Origin: a virus
IMG/VR virus record: IMGVR_UViG_3300013306_000017
Location: 3,025 to 67,024 of that record
Length of the DNA stretch: 64,000 bases
Direction: 5' to 3' (one strand)
The notes beneath the pieces were generated by a model, which saw nothing but the letters and a program-made list of their open reading frames with translations, did not search any database and was not told the origin of the DNA. This document shows, one piece after another, positions 9,246-18,982 of the stretch; the stretch's first letter is position 1, and each line of letters begins with the position of its first letter. The position numbers and the translations under genes were made by a program.

Positions 9246-12200
9246 TACACATTCCTCCCACGCTGTTCAAAGTAACGACTCACAGCGCCGACAGATTTCA
9301 TTGCCGCTTGTTCCGCAGACTCTGGCGCAATCTTTCCTTGTGGCGCCTGAATGAGTTGGTGGATATGGACGTGAGTTTCACCGCCGCCGAGCTTGTTGAG
9401 CGGAACGACGTTGCCGGCAGTCTGCGGGACGAAGATTTCAGGATTAGGCCGACCGGTGGGGTGATCTCCGACAATGATAGGCTTCCCAGCCGTGACGTGC
9501 CCGCCCTCTGCAAAAAGGCCCAAGCCAGTACCAACCAATGGATAGCCTCCCGGAACAAAGCTTCCCGGGTTCGCGCCAGCCGTCGCACCACCTCCACCTC
9601 CTGCGGCGCCGCCAAGCGCACCCAGCGCAATTCCCAGGACGGTTCCGAGAAGGCCCTTGCCGCCAGTTGCGCCGCCGACAGCCGCGCCCGCCGCCATCGT
9701 GGCTGTGAGGTTGGTTACCGCGACCGTGTTGGCCAGCGTGGCGCTGGTGTTCGCCGTGGTTGCACTCGCCCCAACTGCATCATTCTTTGAAGTGGAACCA
9801 ATTCCAAAGACGCTCAGAATGGACCGTATCCAGCCCACGCCGCCTTTAACGCCACCGGTAGGTTCGCCAGTGTTTGGATCCATCTCTGGAGTGCCTACAG
9901 CCGCCGTGAAGAGGGAACCTATGCCTTTGGTGATGGAAGTCCGGGCAATATCAGCCAGCATGCCTTTCACCGTACCCAGAAACCCTTCACGCAGGTCGCT
10001 GAAGAAGCCTGTGATCGTCCCGTCTGCCTTGTTGACAGCGTCGCCCACAACATCGCCGAACCGAGCGGGAATTGAGATGAAGATGTCCGTCATCATCTCA
10101 CCTGTTTTTGGCAGCGTGTCATTGAACTCTGCGAGCTTTTGCTGCAGTGAACCAACAGCCATTACGGCATCACGCCACTCACCGGCGCCGCGGTGGGCTT
10201 CATCAGCGCCACGTTTGGTTTCGTCTGCCAGATCCTTTGCGTAGAGCGAAGATTCATCAATGAGCGGTTTAATCTCATGAAAGTTGAGCAGTGTCTTGCT
10301 CGACATCACGGCCCACTCTTTGGCTGTGGGCAAGTTCGCTGTCAACAATCCGGCCGTCACAGTCACGTTGCCAGCGCCGGCGCCCATGATTCCGATGCCC
10401 ATCTCTGGACGTCCCATCGGAGCCATCGCCGACGAGGCGCCGCCACTGATGTCGCCACCCCAGGTCACTGGCATCGGATTGCCAAACCCAATCGGGGTTC
10501 CATTCACTGTGAAGGTAATACCGGCGCCAAGCTTCACGATTGCGGCCTGGGCCATCTCGCCTTGCCGGATGATGCCGTCCAGGTTGCGATCCCAGGTCGC
10601 TTTGTTTCCCTCGTATCCCCGATCGCCGCGCCGCATTAGGACAGAGTCATCACCCGCGCCGACATGGCCAGCGCCAACAGCTGCGTATACGGCACCCTGG
10701 GTTGAGAGCTTTCCGGCATACTGTTTTTGATCGAAGTATTTGAAAACATAATCAAGCTGTTGAGTTGCGGACATCTTGCGCAACGCCTCGGTAGTGGTAC
10801 CGAGCGCTTTGGCCGTGTCGCGCATGAACTGGATCAAACCAGAGGCAGACGAGTTTGGATTTTTGATCGACGGATCGAACGTGCCGGATGTTTCGACAGC
10901 CATCACGTTCAAGAGATGATCGGGATTGATCCCGCGCGCCCGGCTGCCTGAAATCAGTTTTTCCATGAAGCCAGGCTCGCGCTTCGCCAATTCCTCAAGG
11001 TTCTTCTTGGCATTTTCCTGACTGGCGAGAAAGCGGCGCTGGCGTGAGTTCAGATGACCCTCAAGCTCGTCAAGCATGTTATCGAAGCCGCCGATCAGCG
11101 TGCCGCGCGCTTCCATCAATTGAGCAATGGCACCATCGCGATAACCGATGATCGAATCCGAACCCATTTCAAAGAACACACGCGACGGCGACTGAATCCC
11201 GAGGGTGTCTTTCACCGATCCGATAATGCTGTCCTTCGCCATATCAATCATGGCGTCGGCGACATAGCTCTTGCCCGCGCTGATAGCTTCTGCAAGGCCG
11301 CTCGTAATACCTGGCGCGAGGATGGTTCGCACACCCAACTCAATTAGCTGGCTCGCCGGCGTGAGCGCGGAATTGATCACGCCGGCTAGCTGGCCAACCA
11401 CGTCCTGACGGCCAAGGACGTCGCCCATCGTCTTTGAGAGATTGTCGGTGAGGCCCTTGGTAGCTGTGCCCTGGGCAATTTGGACCGTGTCCTGGAGGGC
11501 GCTAAGACGGCCCTGTGCGGTGGTCTGGAGTTTGTCCATCATCCCCTGGAAGCGGGGATCGATGCGCATCATCTCCGTGATGGCTTCGACGGCGACTTTC
11601 CCGTTCAGCTTTCCTTGCTCTGCGAGCTTCCGCGTTTCAGCAACAGTCTTGCCGATGGCCTTTGCCAGCAGTTGCCAACCGGGGAGATTGGCGTTTGTTA
11701 GTTGCATCATGTCCTGGGCATTTACCTTGCCAGACATGCGCATCTGTCCGAACGCAGTGATCACGCGATGAATTGATTCTTCAGAGATTTCACCCGAGGC
11801 AGCGATCGCGTTGCCCCAGATGGTCAGCTTAGGAATTTGCTCCTCTAAACCAAACCCAAAGGCATTCATCAACTGAGCGCCTTTGAGCAGGCCTTCGAAT
11901 CGGAAAGGAGACTGCGCCCCAAACTGCTGGAGCTTCATGATGTGGGCGTGCGCTTTGTCAGCGCTGCCTGCAACCTGAGTGAAGGCAATCTCCGTCGTCT
12001 CCAGAACCATGTTGAGACGGATACCTTCTTCGGCTCCTTGCAGTAATGGAGTGATTATCGCGTGAGCCAGTTGGCCAACGGCGGGGATGCCCTGAATGAT
12101 TTGTGAAATGTTGGCGAGACCGGGAATGATGCCGCCGCTACCGCCAAAGACGCCACCACTGCCCATGGTGAAGCCCTGTTTGAGCATGGAGAATAGCCCG

Positions 12201-12498
12201 GAGCCAGACTTCTTGGCAGCGTCCATCTCCGACGCCATGCCCCTGATTTTTCGAGAGGCCTTGCCGCTGTCATCTTCAACCTTCTTAGTTGAGGTGGAGA
12301 GGTCTTTGAGAGTGCGCGCGGTCTTAGTGCCTGAGACTGCGGCCTTGGTGGAATCAGTGGAAAACTTATCCAGGCCTTTGGACTGTTTGAGATTCTTATC
12401 GAGCGTCAGGTGGGCGGCGTCCAGCTCGCGCGCGTTGCGCAAAGCCTGAGCCGTGTTGCTCGTAAAGACTGCTTCTAATCTTTCGACTTCCAGGTCAT
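9245..12498 (-). CDS. Tape measure protein with lytic transglycosylase/lysozyme-like domain (start uncertain)
   Basis: Tape-measure N-domain (SPFRFEGL...GQMRMSGKVNAQDMMQL); SLT-like NVMAVETSGTFDP...SASGLIQFM at ~10600-10935. The frame is open upstream of the TTG at 12442; in-frame CTG at 12493, out-of-frame ATG at 12498. Confidence 0.93.
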
Positions 12499-12546
12499 AT
12501 GGCCTCCGGCCTATCCGCTCCCAGTTATGCGGACCGAGCCTTCAAG

Positions 12547-12579
12547 ACCATAGCACCCAGCCGAAATTTAAGATTTACC
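12547..12579 (-). promoter_or_regulatory. Late-promoter-like motif A (tape measure gene)
   Basis: GGTAAATCTTAAATT-N9-TGCTATGGT, the most degenerate of six copies. Confidence 0.5.
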
Positions 12580-12830
12580 ATTCAACTGTTTTCACGCCAT
12601 AGAAGCCGTTCTTGTCTGAGAGTTTAATGCGGGCCTCTCTCAATGCTTCATGGTAAGCGCGGGCCTGATATCGGACGCGAAAAGGAACTTCTGAAATGTC
12701 AGAAGCCGCGTAAACAGGTACCCGACAAATGCGGGCATCGTGGTGAGTCCAGAACCATTCCGGCAGCGGCAGGTTTTCCCATTCAACGCCATCGACCAGA
12801 TAGGTCTTTATGGCGTATCGGCTTTTTTTT
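12575..12830 (-). CDS. Tail assembly chaperone -1 frameshift extension (gpGT-like)
   Basis: After GGAAAAAAAAG the -1 frame is open for ~82 codons (SRYAIKTYLVDG...KTVEW*) with no ATG of its own. Confidence 0.8.
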
Positions 12831-13431
12831 CCGGGGCCTGTGCCTCAAACATCACGTACTTGAAGAGTTTGCGCAGTACTTCGCGGCTGCGCGCGCGGAG
12901 GAAATCCGAAGCATGCCGGCAATCAGAACCTGCAGCATGGCAGCATTCAAAATCACGCGGCTCAGTGATCGGAACGGTCTTGCCCTGGTGCGTGAGGTTC
13001 CATTCCAGAATAACCCGGGCCAGCGATTCAGCCATGAAGGTACATTCAGCGGCTTGGGCCAGTAACCAGCTTTCATCTTCAGCCGGAATCAAATCTTCCA
13101 GAGCCTCAATGCCCACCGGCGCCGCGGCTTTGTCCGCGATGTCCTTTAGTTGCCGCTCGCGCTCTTTCTTGGTGAGCTTCTTCTTCTTTCTGCCGCCAGG
13201 CAATGCCGCAGCCGGTTCCTCAAGCGAGACCGGGCCCGTCTGATGCTTCAGCGCGAGCCGGATGCTGGCCACCGTGGACTTGAAGATTTGCCGCGCGGAA
13301 TGGTCGGCATCAATGAGAAACTTCTCCGTAACGATGTTGGGATCAAGCAACATCTTGAGAACGTCATCCGGAGTGTCACCAAAAGAAAGCTCAGCCGGAA
13401 ATGGCGGGCTTTTGAGTTTTGAGATATCCAT
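12808..13431 (-). CDS. Tail assembly chaperone (gpG-like)
   Basis: Between major tail and tape measure genes; A8 slippery run near the 3' end. Confidence 0.8.
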   Translation of the reverse strand: MDISKLKSPPFPAELSFGDTPDDVLKMLLDPNIVTEKFLIDADHSARQIFKSTVASIRLALKHQTGPVSLEEPAAALPGGRKKKKLTKKERERQLKDIADKAAAPVGIEALEDLIPAEDESWLLAQAAECTFMAESLARVILEWNLTHQGKTVPITEPRDFECCHAAGSDCRHASDFLRARSREVLRKLFKYVMFEAQAPEKKADTP

Positions 13432-13460
13432 GATTTATCTGGCCAATGAAGGCCTTCACC

Positions 13461-14456
13461 TTACAAAGCTGTCAACAGGTTAATGATTTCCACTTTGAAC
13501 GCGCTGCCAAGATTGGTTGGATCGTCCACGGCCTCAAAATGGAATTCCTTAGAGAAAGCATCTTGTTCTTCAGTCTCATCGGGTTCCACGAACTTGCCGG
13601 CGATGTCCCACTTCAGAGATTCATAGACCGGAGTTCCGGCATCAGAAGCAATCTGATCACCGATGGCCTGGATGCGCATGTAGTGCAAAGCATCCGCATC
13701 CATTGATGAAGCAATGTAGGCCCGTGCCTGCGAGTTGTACGGCGTGAGAAAGCTGAAGGTGCACGGAGGCGCCACTTCGACCACATCACGGAAAGAAGGC
13801 GACGAGGTATTGTGGGCCCAGAATGGTTTGTACTTATCGCCAAGGGCGATGGACTCTCTGGCACTCTCCGTCACTTTTGTGGTGCCAATGCTGCCATAGA
13901 CGGTATCCAGAAAAACATCAATCTGGCCGCGCTGAATCGGTCGCGCAACCACTTCGGTGGGCGATGCGGTTTGCGTTTGGCTCGCCACGGGCTTGCGCGT
14001 GAACAGGTTGCCGGTTACATCAACATCATCCTGAGTCAAATTCAGGTTCATGCTGGCCAGTTGGCCAAAAGCAAACTGATCCACAGCAACGCTGCTGCCA
14101 ACTTCGAACGTGTAGGTCTTGCGCGTTGAATCTTCCTGACTGGAGTTCGGCTGAAAGGTCCACTTGCGCGCGGCCGTGGCGCCAATTTGCACCGGGGTCA
14201 CCGCAGGGCACAGACCCGATAGCAAATAGATGAGCGCGTTATAGCAGCCCTTGCCATCATAGCCGCCCTCTCCCCACTCTTTTCCGGTGGTCACCAAAGT
14301 TGAGAACTTCTTGCCGCGCGGACGAAACGGTTTGCGATCGCGCCGCAGCCGCGGCATAAAGCTAAGGGCCCGGATGATTCGATTGGCGGCAACTGAGGTG
14401 CCCGGCGTTACCTCGATGCCGAGTTGAGTGGTGATGGTTACATTAGATCGAATCAT
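13461..14456 (-). CDS. Major tail tube protein
   Basis: QLGIEVTPGT N-terminus, TYTFEVG; 331 aa; synteny. Confidence 0.85.
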   Translation of the reverse strand: MIRSNVTITTQLGIEVTPGTSVAANRIIRALSFMPRLRRDRKPFRPRGKKFSTLVTTGKEWGEGGYDGKGCYNALIYLLSGLCPAVTPVQIGATAARKWTFQPNSSQEDSTRKTYTFEVGSSVAVDQFAFGQLASMNLNLTQDDVDVTGNLFTRKPVASQTQTASPTEVVARPIQRGQIDVFLDTVYGSIGTTKVTESARESIALGDKYKPFWAHNTSSPSFRDVVEVAPPCTFSFLTPYNSQARAYIASSMDADALHYMRIQAIGDQIASDAGTPVYESLKWDIAGKFVEPDETEEQDAFSKEFHFEAVDDPTNLGSAFKVEIINLLTAL

Positions 14457-14468
14457 AGTTACGACTCC

Positions 14469-14903
14469 TTAGGGTTTGCGCGTCATCCAAAACTGAAAGT
14501 TACCGCCGCGATACGTAAAGAATTCCTCTGCCACCAGGCCGGCTGATTCATATGAGAGCGGGTACTGCCAGGCGCCACTGATGAGAAAGTCCCCACTCGT
14601 TGCCGGAGGTACCGGCTGTAGCGCGGGAACCATCTGCCTAACCATTTCCTCAGACGCATCAGTGGGAGAGCCTTTCGTGACAACGGTGATGTCATAGTTT
14701 GGGCGGACAATGATTGGCTCAGGGCCCTGAACTCGAGTGTTCTGACGAATGCCAGGCACAAGCCGCATAACGACAAAACCAGCCGTGTCATGGTCCGACC
14801 GAGGGACAGCACGAAAGCTGTTGTAGATACGCTCATGGCCCACCGCAGCGGCAATAGTCGGGACCGCCCATCTCTCAAAACTGTCCAACTCCCAATTTGG
14901 CAT
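14469..14903 (-). CDS. Tail terminator/completion protein
   Basis: Size and synteny before the major tail gene. Confidence 0.6.
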   Translation of the reverse strand: MPNWELDSFERWAVPTIAAAVGHERIYNSFRAVPRSDHDTAGFVVMRLVPGIRQNTRVQGPEPIIVRPNYDITVVTKGSPTDASEEMVRQMVPALQPVPPATSGDFLISGAWQYPLSYESAGLVAEEFFTYRGGNFQFWMTRKP

Positions 14904-14907
14904 CGCA

Positions 14908-15264
14908 TCAGCTTATTCGCGGTGTGCCTTTCACAATTTTCAGGTCATGCCTAAGAGCCCGACGTGCAGAAGCAATCGCCGGCCGGAAGAAGGGAATCGC
15001 ATCCATAAACACCGTGCCCAATTCGACGTAAATCGCATATCCCTTGTTCACGATGATTCGCCACCGGCCGCGTCGCTGTTCTTTGGCCTCAATCACCTCA
15101 TACATGTGAACGTAACCTGGCTCGTTCTTGTCTGAGACTGGCGCGAGCTCACTGGCCAGCGTAGCCGCGCCGCGCGCGTGAACTTCAACCAGGTGATCCA
15201 TCCGCGCTGCCGTAGCCAGCATCGTGCTCATAATTGCGGATTTGCGTCTTGTCTTTACGGGCAT
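14908..15264 (-). CDS. HK97 gp10-like neck protein
   Basis: APV...YAIYVELGT..M.A.PFFRPA motif. Confidence 0.85.
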   Translation of the reverse strand: MPVKTRRKSAIMSTMLATAARMDHLVEVHARGAATLASELAPVSDKNEPGYVHMYEVIEAKEQRRGRWRIIVNKGYAIYVELGTVFMDAIPFFRPAIASARRALRHDLKIVKGTPRIS

Positions 15265-15268
15265 TGGC

Positions 15269-15694
15269 TTATGAGCTTTTCAATAGGGCAACTACATCAA
15301 TTGAGACGCCTTCGCGATAGGCCATCGTTTCAACTTCCAACATACGGCCAGGCAATGGATCCCGGGGCAAAACATAGATGCGGTCCTTTTGGGCCACCCT
15401 CACCGGCGTCTTGCCGTCTGGTTTCAGCGCCATCAATCGCACCGTGTAAATCGTCGTCGACTGCACCAAGCCACCAACCTCACGCTCCTGGCCCGCGCGT
15501 CCTTCGACCCGGCAGGGAACTAAATCGGCTGGTGTGTATTCTGGAATCCCTGTCGGTGTGACAGATGAACCGCCGCGCACATCCCTGACCCTGCCGGTGG
15601 AAATAATCAGGCATTTGTCAGGCATTGACGCCGGCGAGCGCCTGGAGACTTTAAGGGCGAGCTTGGCAGCTTTGGCAGCGAGTGCGTGTGGCAT
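15269..15694 (-). CDS. Head closure / head-tail joining protein
   Basis: D..GG...VPCRV pattern; synteny. Confidence 0.65.
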   Translation of the reverse strand: MPHALAAKAAKLALKVSRRSPASMPDKCLIISTGRVRDVRGGSSVTPTGIPEYTPADLVPCRVEGRAGQEREVGGLVQSTTIYTVRLMALKPDGKTPVRVAQKDRIYVLPRDPLPGRMLEVETMAYREGVSIDVVALLKSS

Positions 15695-15698
15695 TGCA

Positions 15699-16136
15699 TC
15701 ATGATTCCATCAGCCTGCTATCAACCGGCGACGATACGTGATGCGTGTCAACCGTGAACGCCGGCTTCACACGATCGGAACTGCTCTCCTGAGCAGCCTT
15801 GCTAGTTTTGGAAATACCGCCTCCGAAGATGCCAGCGCCACCAGATGTAAGCGCCTGTTGCTCAAGTTCATTGGCCAGATCAATGAAGCCATCCGCTTGC
15901 TTTTGTGGATCGAGAGATATTGAACCGGCAGCAGGGTTGAGAGTAAGTTCGCGGCGAAGTTTGGCGGCTATGGCACGGCAGCAAGCGGCGGCGGCTCGGT
16001 TAACATTGGCATGAACAGTCAGCACATAATTGATCTCACCATCCTGCATGATGGGATCATTGGCATCCGTGTCACCAATAAGAAACCGGACGCGGTCCTT
16101 ATCGGTCGGTAAATCTGAATCGTATGTCCAGCCCAA
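15699..16136 (-). CDS. Head-tail adaptor
   Basis: WTY...DRVRFLIGDTD...DGEI.Y motif; GAGG SD before TTG. Confidence 0.8.
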   Translation of the reverse strand: MGWTYDSDLPTDKDRVRFLIGDTDANDPIMQDGEINYVLTVHANVNRAAAACCRAIAAKLRRELTLNPAAGSISLDPQKQADGFIDLANELEQQALTSGGAGIFGGGISKTSKAAQESSSDRVKPAFTVDTHHVSSPVDSRLMES

Positions 16137-16170
16137 ACGAGCTACCTCAATTCAAAGATCAAGGAAATTC

Positions 16171-16680
16171 TTACGCGAGCACCGCGTACCAAATGGTGAT
16201 CGTCAGGTCGCCGGCGGTCAGAGCTAATAGCGTATGGCCACCATCAGGCGTGAACGTGGCCACCAACTGTTGAGCGCTGAACTTGCCCTGAGGGTGTACG
16301 CCGGTCCGGGGTGCGAGTGCGCCAGTCTCTGCGCCAGTAAACACATCCATCTGACTGATAATGGCGTCGGGGTCAGTGGCGCCGACGTCGAGCTTGACCG
16401 CAGAAACGCTACCGCCTGAAAACAAGGTGGCAATGTTGACTTCATGGGCCAGGATGACGGCGTTTGCGGGAAGAATCGTGCCGATGTTTACGACCTGCGC
16501 ATGACCATTTACAGCATCAGTAAGGTCCGAGTGCTGAATGCGGACAGTCTTTTTACCGAGCGCTTTGCCATCAACGTATTCTTCGGTTGCGAGGACCTTG
16601 CCGCCTGCCTTGGCGCCGCCCGCGTCAACCTCGATGCCGGACATGATGTACGTCATGCCGCGTTTTCGTACCTTTGACAT
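16171..16680 (-). CDS. Virion structural / capsid decoration protein
   Basis: ATG 16680 with GGAG SD; LPANAVI...LTAGDLTITIWY beta-rich pattern; follows capsid genes. Confidence 0.6.
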   Translation of the reverse strand: MSKVRKRGMTYIMSGIEVDAGGAKAGGKVLATEEYVDGKALGKKTVRIQHSDLTDAVNGHAQVVNIGTILPANAVILAHEVNIATLFSGGSVSAVKLDVGATDPDAIISQMDVFTGAETGALAPRTGVHPQGKFSAQQLVATFTPDGGHTLLALTAGDLTITIWYAVLA

Positions 16681-16723
16681 AAAAGTCGCTCTCCTTAGTC
16701 CGCTAATTCCAAATCGAACACGA

Positions 16724-17410
16724 CTAGTCGCCGGCGTTGGGTGCTTTGGGAACCGTGGAATCGCCAGGCTCAGAATCTTCATTGGCGGCATCCACGACTT
16801 CATCACCGTGGTCGGCTTCATCCTCGTCATCAGTTCCCGCGGCTTCACTGGCGAACTGCTCGCGAATGCTTTCGGCGGTTTTTGGCCCGATGCCGTCAAG
16901 ATCCTCAAGCGTATCCAACTGGCGGCGGACTTTCGCGTACGTATCGAGACCAGCCTCACTGAGCGCCTTGTGGCCTGGGAAATCCTCAGGGAGTCTGCCT
17001 TTGAGACGTTTTGCCTTCTGAGAGGCGCGATACTCAGTCAATCCAGCGGAAGGTCTCTCAGCGTAGCCGTCCGGCGGATAGTTCTCGGCTTTGTAGCCAG
17101 CCGCAACATATTCCTCGAGTGTGGGCCCGTCAGTTCTTCCACCGACAGGACTGTCCTCTGCGACGTCGTCGCTGGGGCCACCTTTGCGGCCAGCTTCCTG
17201 TTCCACCATTCGATCCTGAGCAATCTTGGGATCGGGAGTTGGGCCACTGCCGCTGCCCACAGTCGCCGGGTCGTCCGCGCTCAAAGGCGCGAGATACCGC
17301 TGGGCTACCAACGCGTCAACGGTTCGCAGGTTACTGGCATCAATCAACTCGCCAGGTGTGCGCATTGCTCCAACCTTAAAATGTCGAAGGACTCGATGAG
17401 TGTTGGACAT
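16724..17410 (-). CDS. Head-region protein with helix-hairpin-helix motif
   Basis: LEDLDGIGPKTAESIRE HhH motif; acidic tail; AAGGAG SD. Confidence 0.7.
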   Translation of the reverse strand: MSNTHRVLRHFKVGAMRTPGELIDASNLRTVDALVAQRYLAPLSADDPATVGSGSGPTPDPKIAQDRMVEQEAGRKGGPSDDVAEDSPVGGRTDGPTLEEYVAAGYKAENYPPDGYAERPSAGLTEYRASQKAKRLKGRLPEDFPGHKALSEAGLDTYAKVRRQLDTLEDLDGIGPKTAESIREQFASEAAGTDDEDEADHGDEVVDAANEDSEPGDSTVPKAPNAGD

Positions 17411-17484
17411 CTCTAACTCTCCTTGTTCAAAAGCATCTCACCGATGCGAAGTACTGTTCGTGGAGGCCTCAGCTAGCTGACAAT

Positions 17485-18459
17485 TTACGAAACGATGTTC
17501 TGGAAGAAGTATCCCAGGTCGGTTGCTACGATCTTGTCATCGAACGAAATTTGACCTTCAACGCGGTCGGATTCGATGTGCTCCATACGGAAACGTTTGA
17601 TTTGGACTCCCAAATCCGTCTTTAGTGGAGCGTGCTTCCATGAAAACGTGTAGCCGGCGGAAGGCGCCATCAGGCCCGGGCGCTCGGCAACGTAGCCAAG
17701 CCACGCATGCTTCCCAAAAACGAAGTCCATTTGGGCAGGTGCCTGACCTTCTTTGGCGGCATTTTCAATTGCACCGGCGACAAGCACTCGCTTGATCCGG
17801 AAGAAGTTCGCCAGCATCGCTTCATCCACGGACTCGCGAGTGGTGTACTTGATGCGCTCAATGAAGTCCGGGTGATCAATCAGCGCATCCATGGCGTCAT
17901 AGTGAAGGACCAGAGTGTTGGGCGCGTATCCGGTTGTCGAAAGAATCTTGCGACGCGCTGCTTTCACGTTTGCACGCGGATCGGAGTTCGCGTCATCCCA
18001 GCGCAACACTTGAGTGCCAGTGGGCCCGGAAGCAACGCCAACGACATCAGTGCCCCATACGCCAGGCTGAAAGTTCTTTGTCACCCAGACCTTTTCACGC
18101 TTGAGCAGCATTTTGGTCGTGACAAAATCAGTCGCGTCCGAATCGAGGTTGATATCGGCATCCGCGTTGTCACGCGTTTGATCATCAACGTCCTTGTGGA
18201 AGGCGTACGTGTCGCAGAAATAGTTATCAGTACTGACATCGTAGCCGCCGCCAGCCGACTCACTTCCAGGAGCGCGCTTTTTGGCCTCATCCCTGAACCA
18301 CGCATCCTTGGGATAGACGCGAAACGAGTCTGACCGCTTTTCAACGGGCACAATTGGATAAACGCGATTGGCGATAAACTGGCTTTGTGCCTGGATGTAA
18401 GCAATCGACAGATTCGTCAGAATCCGGTTTACGTGGACCTGGCCTGGGGTTGGTTGCAT
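17485..18459 (-). CDS. Major capsid protein (HK97 fold, gpE-like)
   Basis: HVNRILTNLSIAY...P.VPV N-terminus; 324 aa; follows protease and decoration genes. Confidence 0.9.
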   Translation of the reverse strand: MQPTPGQVHVNRILTNLSIAYIQAQSQFIANRVYPIVPVEKRSDSFRVYPKDAWFRDEAKKRAPGSESAGGGYDVSTDNYFCDTYAFHKDVDDQTRDNADADINLDSDATDFVTTKMLLKREKVWVTKNFQPGVWGTDVVGVASGPTGTQVLRWDDANSDPRANVKAARRKILSTTGYAPNTLVLHYDAMDALIDHPDFIERIKYTTRESVDEAMLANFFRIKRVLVAGAIENAAKEGQAPAQMDFVFGKHAWLGYVAERPGLMAPSAGYTFSWKHAPLKTDLGVQIKRFRMEHIESDRVEGQISFDDKIVATDLGYFFQNIVS

Positions 18460-18538
18460 GGCTGATGCTCCTTGAGAAAGTTAATTCAAACGTTCAGTCG
18501 CGCGGCAAACTCTACCGATTGCGACGTTACTGACTCGA

Positions 18539-18913
18539 TTACGCCAGACGACCTTGAGGCCGCAGCAAAACAGGGATGATTGCGCCATCCACGCCGCCGT
18601 CGCCTTCAAGAGCTTTGCCCTGAATGTATTCGCCTGAGGCAGCCTCTTTGGCTTTGCCACCATTCGCGCATGCGACGTCGTCGCCAATTTCAACGGTGCC
18701 GTTGGAAACGACCTTCACGATGCCGAGATCGACAATCGTTGCGGCTTCGAACTGAAGCGGATCGTTTTGCAAGACGCCGACACAGATCTGACCGTCGGCC
18801 GTAGGCAAGAGAGCGCGCCCGTTGTCATCAACGTCCACGAAGAAAAACTGCTTGGTGCGATAATCGGCGGCGGCTTCAAGTGTCCAGCCTGGGCCAGGGA
18901 TTTCGTATGACAT
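18539..18913 (-). CDS. Capsid cement/decoration protein (DUF2190-like)
   Basis: GVLQNDP...GIVKV...G.ALE pattern; directly before the major capsid gene. Confidence 0.8.
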   Translation of the reverse strand: MSYEIPGPGWTLEAAADYRTKQFFFVDVDDNGRALLPTADGQICVGVLQNDPLQFEAATIVDLGIVKVVSNGTVEIGDDVACANGGKAKEAASGEYIQGKALEGDGGVDGAIIPVLLRPQGRLA

Positions 18914-18982
18914 GATTAGCGACTCCTTTTGTCGGCGCGCCGCGATGGACGCATATATTCGGACCTTGCGAAACGAAAATTC

